Shown here: in pieces, positions 37,066-46,823 of the stretch
Position numbering within the stretch: the first letter of the stretch is position 1
Layout of the letters: every line of letters begins with the position of its first letter
Assembly: GCF_006345805.1 (NCBI RefSeq)
Contig: NW_021834935.1
Span: forward strand, 1 to 46,823
Direction of reading: 5' to 3'
DNA length: 46,823 bases
From: Octopus sinensis
Taxonomy: Eukaryota
The notes under the pieces: model-generated
Told to the model about the DNA's origin: nothing
The model's input: only the letters and a program-made list of their open reading frames with translations
Database searches by the model: none
Translations under genes and position numbers: made by a program

Positions 37066-37101
37066 TAGATAATAATAATGATAATAATAGTGATGATGAT
37101 G

Positions 37102-37152
<51 letters not shown>

Positions 37153-37177
37153 TAATAATGATAATGATAATGATAAT

Positions 37178-37845
37178 AAGTACTTGGGAAAATTTTGGAA
37201 ATTGATGGAGAAAGAAATGACAGAAATATTCAAGGTGGAGTACTTGCGCAGACTGAGACTGATCCTTAAGTCGATATTAAGCGGACGAAATAAGATCGAA
37301 GCTATCAACACCTGGGCGGTTTCACTCCTTAGATATGGAGCAGGTGTAATCGCATGGACAGTAGACGAACTAAACAGCTTAGACAGATAGACAGGGAAGT
37401 TGATACAGACAGATTGTATGTACCAAGAAAAAGAGGGGGAAGAGGACTTATTGGATGCGAACACAGCATTAGACCAAAAGAAAACAACATAGCATGGTAT
37501 GTAAAAATGTCACAGACTAGCTAATATTCGAAGTAAGAAGGTCAGGCTTGTGTAAGATGAAAGATTGCACAAATAAAGCACTATACAAGAAATAGAAAAC
37601 AAATGAAACTGAAAATGGATGGGTAAAGAAGAGAATGCATGATCAATTTCATAGGGATGTTGAAGATAAGACAGCAGAGAAAAAAAAAATGACTGAGGAT
37701 GAGTAAAAGGGATTTAAAACCAGAAACGGAGGTTCTAATCTGTGCTGCCCAAGAGCAGGCACTAAGAACAAATTACATAAAATACAGAATAGACAACACA
37801 GCAGAAAGTGATAAGTGTAGAATCTGTGTACAACGCGGTGAACCC
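37178..37845 (+). mobile_element. R4/Dong-like LINE fragment (RT thumb to zinc knuckle) after (AAT)n
   Basis: KYLG, EYLRRLRLILKS..SGRNKIEAINTWAVSLLRYGAG, DLKPETEVLICAAQEQALRTN, CRIC. Confidence 0.88.
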
Positions 37846-38310
37846 GAGATCGACCTATCATCCTTTCGGGGTCGATAAATTAAGTACCAATTACGCACTG
37901 AGGTCGATGTAATCGACTTAATCCGTTTGTCTGTCCTTGTTTGTCCTCTCTGTGTTTAGCCTCTTGTGGGTAGTAAAGAAATAGTTATTTCGTTTGTCTT
38001 TACGTTCTGAGTTCAAACTCCACTGGGGTCGACTTCGCCTTTAATTCTTTCGGGGTCGATAAATTAAGTACCAATTACGCACTGAGGTCGATGTAATCGA
38101 CTTAATCCGTTTGTCTGTCCTTGTTTGTCCTCTCTGTGTTTAGCCTCTTGTGGGTAGTAAAGAAATAGTTATTTCGTTTGTCTTTACGTTCTGAGTTCAA
38201 ACTCCACTGGGGTCGACTTCGCCTTTAATTCTTTCGGGGTCGATAAATTAAGCACCAGTTGCGTACTGGGGACAATCTAATCGACTAGGCCCGCCTTGTG
38301 CCTAGAGCAG
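37846..38310 (+). repeat. SINE family B-derived tandem array, 184-bp period
   Basis: CTTTCGGGGTCGATAAATTAAG starts at 37863, 38047 and 38231; units 1 and 2 read as identical. Confidence 0.92.
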
Positions 38311-38348
38311 AAAAAATATATGTGTGTGTGTGTGTGTGTGTGTGTATT

Positions 38349-38715
38349 CAGGGTTCAGTGTATCAACTGTCGTCTAAATTACACAAAAACGAAAATAACA
38401 TGATCTCATTTTAGCAGATATATTGACAAAAATAAAATCGCATAAAAAGATCTTGAAATACTAAAGAGTAAATGGATTCAATAAAATGGCCATTGGCTTC
38501 AAGCACCTCCTCCAGACGACTTCTGAATCTCCTGCAACTCTTCTGGACGTTCTCCTCCTTTAAGCTGGTGAATGTTGTCATGATCCTTGCTTTAAGTTAC
38601 ATGGAGTTTTGTTGGTCTCTCTGTCTACTGCGCCGCACATATAATAATCAACAAGGTTACAGTCGAGGGAAGTAAGGTGCCAGATTTTTAGGGGTGATAT
38701 GGTCGCAGAAATTGT
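38349..38715 (-). mobile_element. Tc1/mariner (maT/DD37D-like) transposase C-terminal remnant with right end
   Basis: Minus strand: DCNLVDYYMCGAVDRETNKTPCN-LKARIM...CRRFRSRLEEVLEANGHFIE; CAGGGTT-type end. Confidence 0.7.
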
Positions 38716-38978
38716 CAGACGGGATTCTTCTGTTTGTGTGTATTTTGTTCGTATTTATATACATTGATAGGGTTATATGACACTGATGAGAGAAAAAGGG
38801 ATCAGCCTTCAATTTTCAAATCGATTGATATGTAATTGAATCGTTTCATGAATCGGTTTCGTTTATTTGCACAAGTACAGCACGTGTTTATATTTTATTG
38901 TGATATCTTAATGTAGAGCTTAGACATTGGCGTCTTTTTCTAGCATGTTTGCGACCTGTATACATACTCGCTTTCCCT

Positions 38979-39025
<47 letters not shown>

Positions 39026-39069
39026 GTATATAATATATATATACATATACGTATACACACACACACACA

Positions 39070-39107
<38 letters not shown>

Positions 39108-39197
39108 CACACACACACAAACATGTATATATATATGTAGAGAGAGAGGGAGAGAGAGAGAGGGGGGGAGAGAGAGAGAGGGGGAGATCAAAGCAGT

Positions 39198-39292
39198 GGT
39201 ACTCTGAGTTTCAAGTGTGTGGCTAGTCTTCGGCCATTGGATTCAGACCCTAATGCCCGAAAATTATCAACACGCGTGAAACTCAGAGTATC
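39198..39292. repeat. Small inverted repeat, 23-bp arms (possible micro-MITE)
   Basis: GGTACTCTGAGTTTCAAGTGTGT / ACACGCGTGAAACTCAGAGTATC. Confidence 0.65.
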
Positions 39293-39411
39293 AAAGTGTC
39301 TTAATCAAAGTATTTTGATCTATACGTGTGACTCCTAGACTCCTAATAAACGTGTTGAGTGCCCTTCTTTCGTTTGTCGCTCACTCGTATATGTATGTGT
39401 GTGTATATATG

Positions 39412-39508
<97 letters not shown>

Positions 39509-39879
39509 TATACAAATACTTACATACATACATGAATACATGCAATCTATGTGTGGTATGGGTGGGTGTTGTGTGTGTGTGTGCATGATCCCTTTCTGTT
39601 CCTCATTAGTGTACCTCCTGCAAAAGCCCTAACTCCCATCCCCTGTCAAGCCCCCCCCCCTCTCACCACCACCACCACCACTTCCTTGAAACACGGCAAA
39701 TTTCATCACAATGTGTTAATGATAAATGGTTCGCAATTCTTCAGGAATTCACTTTGTGGAGACGACACTCAGCACCATTAGCGGGGAAGGGGAGGGGGCA
39801 TTGCGAGGTGGGGGGAAGGGAGGCGGGGCTGGAGAAGAGAATGTTGGGAACGAAGTGGATGAAGACAATAGAATGTAAC

Positions 39880-40440
39880 AGAAAACTACGACGACGACGA
39901 CGACGAAGAAGAAGAAGAAGAAGAAGGAGAAGAAGAAGGAGAAGAAGAAGAACGGGAAGAAAAAGAAGAAAAGAAGAGGAAGTAGTAGTAGTAGTAGTAG
40001 TAGTAGAAGAAGGAAAAGAAGAGAAGAAGTAGAAGAAGAAGAAGAAGAAGTAAGAAGAAGAAGTAGAAATAGTAGTGTAGTAGTAGTAGAAGAAGAAGAA
40101 GCAGAAGAAGAAGAAGGAGGAAGAAGAGAAGCAGAGAAGGAAGAAGAAGAAGAGAAGAGAAGAAGGAGAAGAAGAAGCAGCAGCCCCCCAGAAGAAGAAG
40201 ACAGAAGAAGAAGAAGAAGAAAGAAGAAGAAGTTGAAAAAAGAAAAAAGAAAGAAGAAGCTTGAAGAAGAAGAAGAAGATGAAGAAGAAGAAGAAGATGA
40301 AGAGAAGAAGAAGAAAAGAAGAAGAGAAGAGAAGATGAAGAAGAAGATGAAGAAGATGATGAAGAAGAAGAAGAAAAGAGATAATACCAACGAAGTGAAA
40401 AGAAGAAAAAAAGAAAAAAAGCCAGATGATATATGAGGAA
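39880..40440. repeat. (GAA)n/(GTA)n purine-rich microsatellite
   Basis: Direct reading. Confidence 0.95.
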
Positions 40441-40926
40441 GGAAATTAAGAAGAAAGCGGAGGAATGAGGTGAATGTAACAAGTGAAAGAAAGGGAAATG
40501 AAAAGAGTAAGGATAATAAGAATAATATTGTAGAGAATGAATTGTTTGTGGTTAAAGGGGTCGAAGGTTTAATACAGTGTTGAAGGAAGTAATTAGGCTT
40601 TCTTAGATATACTGAAGGGATGGGGAAAGGGTGTTAGGTGGGAGGGGGTAGGTGAGGTGGGGGTTATGGGAGTTGTGGTGAGGGTAGTAGTGGGTGGTGG
40701 TGGTGGTGGTGTTTTTGGTGATGTCGGTGGTGGTGGTGGTGGTGGTGCGATGGTAGTGGTGGGAGTGGTGTTTGGTCGTGTTATAGGTGGTACGGGTAGT
40801 GGTGGTGGTAGTGGTGGTGGTGGTTGTGGTGGTGGTGGTGGTGGTGGTCGTTGTGGTGAATGGTGGTTGTGTTGGCGGTCGTGATGATGATGGTGATGAA
40901 AACTGTTTGTTGTAGATGTTGTTGTT

Positions 40927-40971
<45 letters not shown>

Positions 40972-41025
40972 AGTTGTGGCGGATGTAGTGTTGTTGATGT
41001 GGTTTGTGATTGAGCTATGTTCCTA

Positions 41026-41235
41026 GGCGAGCTGGCAGACTCGTTAGCACGCCGCGCTAAATGCTTAGCAGTATTTCGCCCATCGCTACGTTCTGAGTTC
41101 AAATTCCGCCGAGGTCTACTATGCCTTTCATCCTTTCGGGGTCGATGAATTAAGTTCCAGTTGAACTCTGGGGTCGGTGTAATCGACACATCATCGCCCC
41201 CCAAAATGGCTGATCTTGGGGCAAAATTTGAAACT
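41026..41235 (+). mobile_element. SINE family B, full length
   Basis: GGCGAGCTGGCAGACTCGTTAGC...GAGTTCAAATTCCGCCGAGG. Confidence 0.87.
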
Positions 41236-42769
41236 ATTTTACGGAATTGTAATGTGCATAAGTAGGTGTATGTATACATTTTGAAGTGGTAACACAACGA
41301 TCCAGTCTAAAGCAGAGGCAAGGTTCGATTTTTGTCCGCATCTTTTTAGTGTAAAGTCACATTAGTCCATAGTGTACGAGTTATTGTTTTTAGCGACCAA
41401 GATACACATACATACACACAAAAATATATATGCTTATAAATATATATGTATGTATATATGTATGTATGTATGTATATATGTATATATATATGTATGTATG
41501 TATGTATGTAGTATGTATGTATATATGTATGTATGTATATATAGATATATGTATGTATATATAGATATAGATATAGATATATATACATATATATACATTT
41601 ATATATATATCTTACTAAATACATATTTACATATACATACATATATATATATACATATATACATACAAACATATACATGCATATATATACATACATATGT
41701 ATGTATGTATATATATACAAAGGGAGAGATTGGGGAGAGAGAGAAACTAAATGTTTATCTCGAGACTCAGGTTTTACGATATACTTAATACTTTGAAATT
41801 CAGAGAAGATAAGCTTTCTCTTATCGGGAGAGAATTAAGTATTTCTATCCTTTATACCCAAAGGAAATGTATGGGCGATTCTACAGCTTGTTTTCCCTTC
41901 TGTTTGTAATGGAATGGTCAAACGTAACAACATTGAAAACATCGTAACTTCAAATGTCACTCAAAACATCTATCTTACGCCAAACTACACCGGTTGACGG
42001 TGATTTTGAAATTGTTAATATATTGAAAAAAAAAAAAAGGTGTGATTCAAAATTGTGCGTCTTCATGAGATTGTATTTTTGCTTATATCGATCGGGAGGT
42101 AACAGAATAGTATCCTGAAAAGGACAAGACGCGAGTTATGATGCTTGTCTATAATTTCCAAATGAATTGATGGGAATATATTATCTTACGCCTATAAGCG
42201 CAGCCTACCCACGAACTAGCAGCACACATCTTGTGTATGTGTTCGATAGCGTTTATATCCCTCAAGCTACTTCTAATTAACATTTCAACATATGTCTATA
42301 TGTATATATATGTTAAACAGGACGTCAAGCATTAAGCCAAGGCAAACAACTCAAGTCATATACGTTATTATTACAGGAAGAAATTCATGATCTTACAGCT
42401 GTTTGTGGGATATCCCCGAGTATGGGATATTCCATCATCAGAGACAAAATAAGGGGGAAAATATGGAAAATGCGAATGGTATATATCAATAAGATGACAA
42501 CAAAGTGGAAGGGAGTAAAAGAATAAGGAGATGGAAAGAGAGAAGAAAAACGAAGCATAAACGTTCATAGCTCAACTTACCAAAGTTATGGAAACCAGAG
42601 CATGAGTCCTTAGGTGCAATCCTGCGTAGATCCTCATATAGTAAACATCCCAAAGACAAAAGATTCAAACATATCAACGTTCAATACAGAATGTATATAC
42701 ATACACATATATTATATATAATACATATAGATATATAGATATAATAATATATAATATTATATATATATA

Positions 42770-43560
42770 TCAACGGGTTGTCTGTCTGTGTGTTCTGTGT
42801 GTCTGTCAGGTTGTACCCTCACCCTGACCACGGCTTTCAACCGATTCTGATGAAACTGACACACACATAACCCATGTCATAATTCAAAACTAACGCAGCG
42901 GAAATTTTGAAAAGTTCCCCCAGTTCTGAAAAAAAATCGATAAATTCGACATGGGTCGAGAATCTAAGCTTTTTATATGCAACACATTTCCTACAGACCG
43001 TCTAGGGGACGCAACTCGATCTTTTTAACTCTCGGAACACATTGGGTAAGTATCCCAATATGTATAAAAATGTACAAAAACGGCAAAAAAGCGGGCAGCA
43101 ATGTGAGTGACAACAACGAAAAAGTCAAAAGTGACCAAACTGAACAAACGAATGGAAAAGGTTTTTTTGGTGCACACGACAAAAGCGGTTTATAATAAAC
43201 CAAGAGTTTGCAAGTAGCGTCCGAGGACCCTTAGGGTACGTCAAAAATTTAAGGTAAAACGTTTGGGATGGTAGTTATAAAGAAAGTGTAAACAAAAAAG
43301 TATTCGAATAACTTGAGGCTGCAGCAGCTATAGCAGAAGTGGCGGTGTTGTGGGATAAAGTCTCGAATGTAATTTCTTCCTGTTAGGAATTGGTTGGGTG
43401 TGAATTATCGATAGCTGTTGATAGTTATTTGGGAGTGAAGAGAAGAAATTACAACCTACACATGGCGCCTTAGTCCCTAGAGGGAAAGGACTAGATTGGG
43501 ATTAGTCGTTGCCTACTAGGGGCTCTTACATACCCGGGCAACGCCGGGCTATGCTGCTAG
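42770..43560 (+). mobile_element. Non-autonomous Helitron
   Basis: 3' hairpin CCCGG-GCAACG-CCGGG (43533-43548), then 8 nt, then CTAG|T; 5' A|TC followed by GTCT-type repeats. Confidence 0.75.
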
Positions 43561-43639
43561 TATATATATATAAATTCAGGGTGAATATTTGATAATTGTA
43601 AGCACCTGTATATGCCAGTTAGTGGTGTAGGTGATAGAG

Positions 43640-43844
43640 TATATTTATCAAAAGAAAAACATGATGCAAAGGATTTAGCGGTATATATGTTTCTAGCATT
43701 TATTAGACGGTTTATATCTATGCATAATTGATGTAATATGTATGTCAATAGCCTTCTTATGCATTGATATAAACCGTCTAATAAAAGCCAGAAACATATG
43801 TACCGCTAAATCCTTTGCATCATGTTTTTCTTTTGATAAATATA
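43640..43844. repeat. Near-perfect fold-back, ~88-bp arms, ~29-nt loop
   Basis: 43640-43727 is the reverse complement of 43757-43844 with few mismatches. Confidence 0.92.
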
Positions 43845-43884
43845 TATATATATATACATGTATGTATGTATGTATAAATATATG

Positions 43885-43931
<47 letters not shown>

Positions 43932-44301
43932 TGCACAAGACATCAGAAAGTAGGACTGAGAATTATATATAATGAAAATTTGATTATTACAAATTTTGAG
44001 ATGTATAATTTTTCATTCTTCTTTGTGATAATCTAGATTAAGTGCTCTGTATGCTATTTGAAATCCGATGAGGCGAACTCCGGACTTACTTATTGAGTGA
44101 GGTACCGTGTAATATTTGATGTTAAACAATTCTGTAGATTCCCTATCATTTGATGTGGTTAACCAGATTTGGATTTATCAGAGTGTTAATATGACGCATT
44201 CCAAATCCGTATTCCTTTACATTATGTGTGTGTGTGTATGTGTGTGTGTGTGGTGTGTGTGTGTGTGTGGCGCATGTGTGCGTGTGTGTGTGTGTGATGT
44301 A

Positions 44302-44849
44302 TGAAGGTGAGTCAAAAAGTAATGCCATTTTGTTTAGGACAGGTATAATTGCCAACACAGGAACATGTATCATACATCAAAATGAAGCTGGTCCTCTGTG
44401 GATCACATCCCTACTTCTCAACATAGTCACCGTTTCTCTCAATAGCAAGTTCCACCTTTGAATGAAAGCATGTATCCCTGCCCCGTAAAATTCTGTTGAC
44501 TGTTCTTTGAGCCACTTCTTCACTACAGTTTTCACTTCCTCGTCACTGGACTATTATTTCTTCGGCCCCATGAAAGAGGGTTTGAGAGGCAAATATTATT
44601 CCAGTGATGAGGAAGTGAAAACTGTAGTGAAGAAGTGGCTCAAAGAACAGTCAACAGAATTTTACAAAACAGGGATCCATGCTCTCATTCGAAGGTGGAA
44701 CTTTGCTATTGAGAGAAACGGTGACTATGTTGAGAAGTAGGGATGTGATCCACAGAGGAGAAGCTTCATTTTCATGTATGATACATGTTCCTGTTTTGGT
44801 AATTATACTTGTCCTAAATAAAATGGCATTACTTTTTGACTCACCCTCG
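44302..44849. mobile_element. mariner-derived palindromic MITE made of two transposon right ends
   Basis: TA flanks; ~250-bp arms (44302-44550 / 44600-44849); encodes DYYFFGPMKEGLRGKYYSSDEEVK...WLKEQ...RWNFAIERNGDYVEK*. Confidence 0.9.
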
Positions 44850-45426
44850 TATTTATGCATTTAAGGGGATCGGATTGAAGTGTAAAAAACAGCTATGCAG
44901 AAAGATCTTGAAATGAAGGAACAGAAATAAAAACTCAACGATATAGCTGGTGGTGGTGGGGGAGAAAAAGCCTTAATTTTTACTAATTTCTTAGCCAATA
45001 CAAAGCGCCACGTGACTGGATAAATTAATTTATAAATAAACAACACCAACATCAACTTAATTCTACGTGAATTATTTCCTAATTAAAAAGCAGATAACAG
45101 GAAGAATTATATTTTTTAACTTCAAATAGATATCTATTGTAGCAGAAACTAAATATAATTATATCGCGAATGTTTTCTGCTGAATGATCTTAAAGAATTT
45201 TGTGACAGTTTCTTTGCGACGGAGAACTTATAATTGTCGTTTAAATCTGGGTAATGGACTGAAATTTAGGCACAGAAATTGCTGGAATTTCTTCGATTAC
45301 ACTTTGAATATTCATTAATTCATTGCAGTATAAACACCCACACACCTAAAACTTATAGACATCATTTCCTTAAACACTTGTGTCTCTCACACATGTATGT
45401 GTGTGTATATCTATATATATATATAA

Positions 45427-45823
45427 CTAGCAGTATCGCCCGGCGTTGCTCGGGTTTCTAAGGGAAATAAATTATATAAGCATTTTTAGAGATGTAAAGT
45501 ATTATAGCCATCTCAATATGGCTAACCACAAAGGGGGGGGGTTACTGTAGCTTTTTACGTTCTGAGATTTAATAATAAATTTTTAGACAGTTACTTCCCT
45601 TATATATGCCAAAAATGCATTAAAAATGGGAAAAATTGATGGTAAATTTGTTTTAAAATCGTAGACTCATCGTAGAAGCGCGCTAATACCCAGAAAGGCT
45701 CGATATGAATCACGACTATAAGATACCCGGTTTTGGTTAAACTGCACCGCAAAATGTGGGAGTAGTTAGGAATCTAAATCGTAGGAGACAGACAGCACAC
45801 AACCTCACTTTTATATATAAAGA
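45427..45823 (-). mobile_element. Non-autonomous Helitron, same 3' end type as 42770-43560
   Basis: Minus strand: A|TCTTTATATATAAAAG ... CCCGAGCAACGCCGGG-CGATACTG-CTAG|T. Confidence 0.78.
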
Positions 45824-46107
45824 TATGACAACCAAAGATTGAATGAAACCTGGATATTATGCTAAATAGAGGAATTTATCTATAAATATATGTGACAATT
45901 AGTTGGTTGTCATAATAAAACTCAGAGTTTCGGATACCGGGGCTGAACTCTGTTCCGGCAAAACTGTCTCAATAACTGATGAGATGCCGGAGCAGGCATC
46001 AGCATACAAAGATATGGAGTCTACCTCTAGCATAATGGATGGGTTCATCCCTCTTATATGTATATATGTATCTATATATATATATATAATATATATAATA
46101 TATATAT

Positions 46108-46145
<38 letters not shown>

Positions 46146-46189
46146 TATATTATATATATATATAAAATAATATAAGAACAAACAAAAAA

Positions 46190-46823
46190 ATTAACAAACT
46201 AAAGTACTGCCAACAGCAACACAGACATTCGACGGCTATCGCACTGCTTGAATCCAAAAAATATAACCTCCCAATGCATGAAGACCCTCATCAATAACCA
46301 AAGATCAGCTGAGGAGAAGTGGGCCATTGAAAAAATCAAACTCAACCCCAAAGTGTTCTTTTCATTTGCGAGGAAACGCAGGGTCACTGTCTCCACTGTA
46401 GGCCCTCTAATTGACGAACTGGCACTCTCCAAGATAATGCCAAATCCATGGCCGAGATACTGCAGAAACAATACTGCTCTGTTTTCAGCAATCCTGATAT
46501 GGCCGATCTGGGCTGTATCAGTGATGTCAACCCCCAACACACTATATATCGGACATAACGTTTAGTGCCCCTGATGTCTTAGCGGCGATAAACGAAATAA
46601 AACACAATTCAGCAGTAGGCCCCGATAGGTTCCCTGCTTGTGTCCTGAAGGTGTGTCGACACCAACTTGCATCTCCCCTTGCTAATCTGTGGAGAAACTC
46701 ACTGGATGCTGGCTATATTCCAAAAAACCTTCTGTCCCAGTCTGTTCTCCTCCCAGTTTTCAAAAAGGGAAACAAGTCCCTTGCAGTGAATTACCGTCCG
46801 ATCTCACTCACCTCTCATATCAT
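46190..46823 (+). mobile_element. CR1-like LINE ORF2 fragment (pre-RT region), running off the window end
   Basis: IEKIKLNPKVFFSFARK, MAEILQKQYCSVFS, SAVGPDRFPACVLK, PVFKKGNK..AVNYRPISLTSH. Confidence 0.87.

Noticed and set aside
37846-38310. Regularly spaced repeats resembling a CRISPR array
   Set aside because: The units are contiguous 184-bp SINE derivatives with no unique spacers, the context is eukaryotic, and there are no cas genes.

Overview
AT-rich, repeat-dominated eukaryotic DNA. The SINE families and microsatellite load look like an octopod cephalopod genome (inference from memory, not searched). No complete host gene is evident. Contents: (1) one intact tRNA-Gln(TTG) gene; (2) many tRNA-derived SINEs of at least three families, some as 184-bp head-to-tail multimers; (3) at least nine 5'-truncated or partial R4/Dong-like (RLE) LINE fragments, most abutting (AAT)n tracts, plus Tx1/L1-like 3' ends at (TATC)n and two CR1-like RT fragments; (4) a 352-aa Penelope-like ORF (RT thumb + GIY-YIG) with an unusually long linker; (5) Tc1/mariner, Tigger-like and Helitron/Helentron-like non-autonomous elements; (6) several long fold-back structures. 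The most interesting signal is a set of minimal type-I hammerhead ribozyme motifs with palindromic stem III (dimer-type). They occur as outward-facing inverted pairs: one pair flanks a tRNA-derived Pol III head (16.5-17.0 kb), and another lies in a ~460-bp palindrome nested in a Tigger-like MITE (18.3-18.8 kb). Most listed ORFs are microsatellite artefacts. A well-signalled minus-strand exon with an ATG (31232-31466) may belong to a host gene. Coordinates were counted by eye, and repeat boundaries are approximate.
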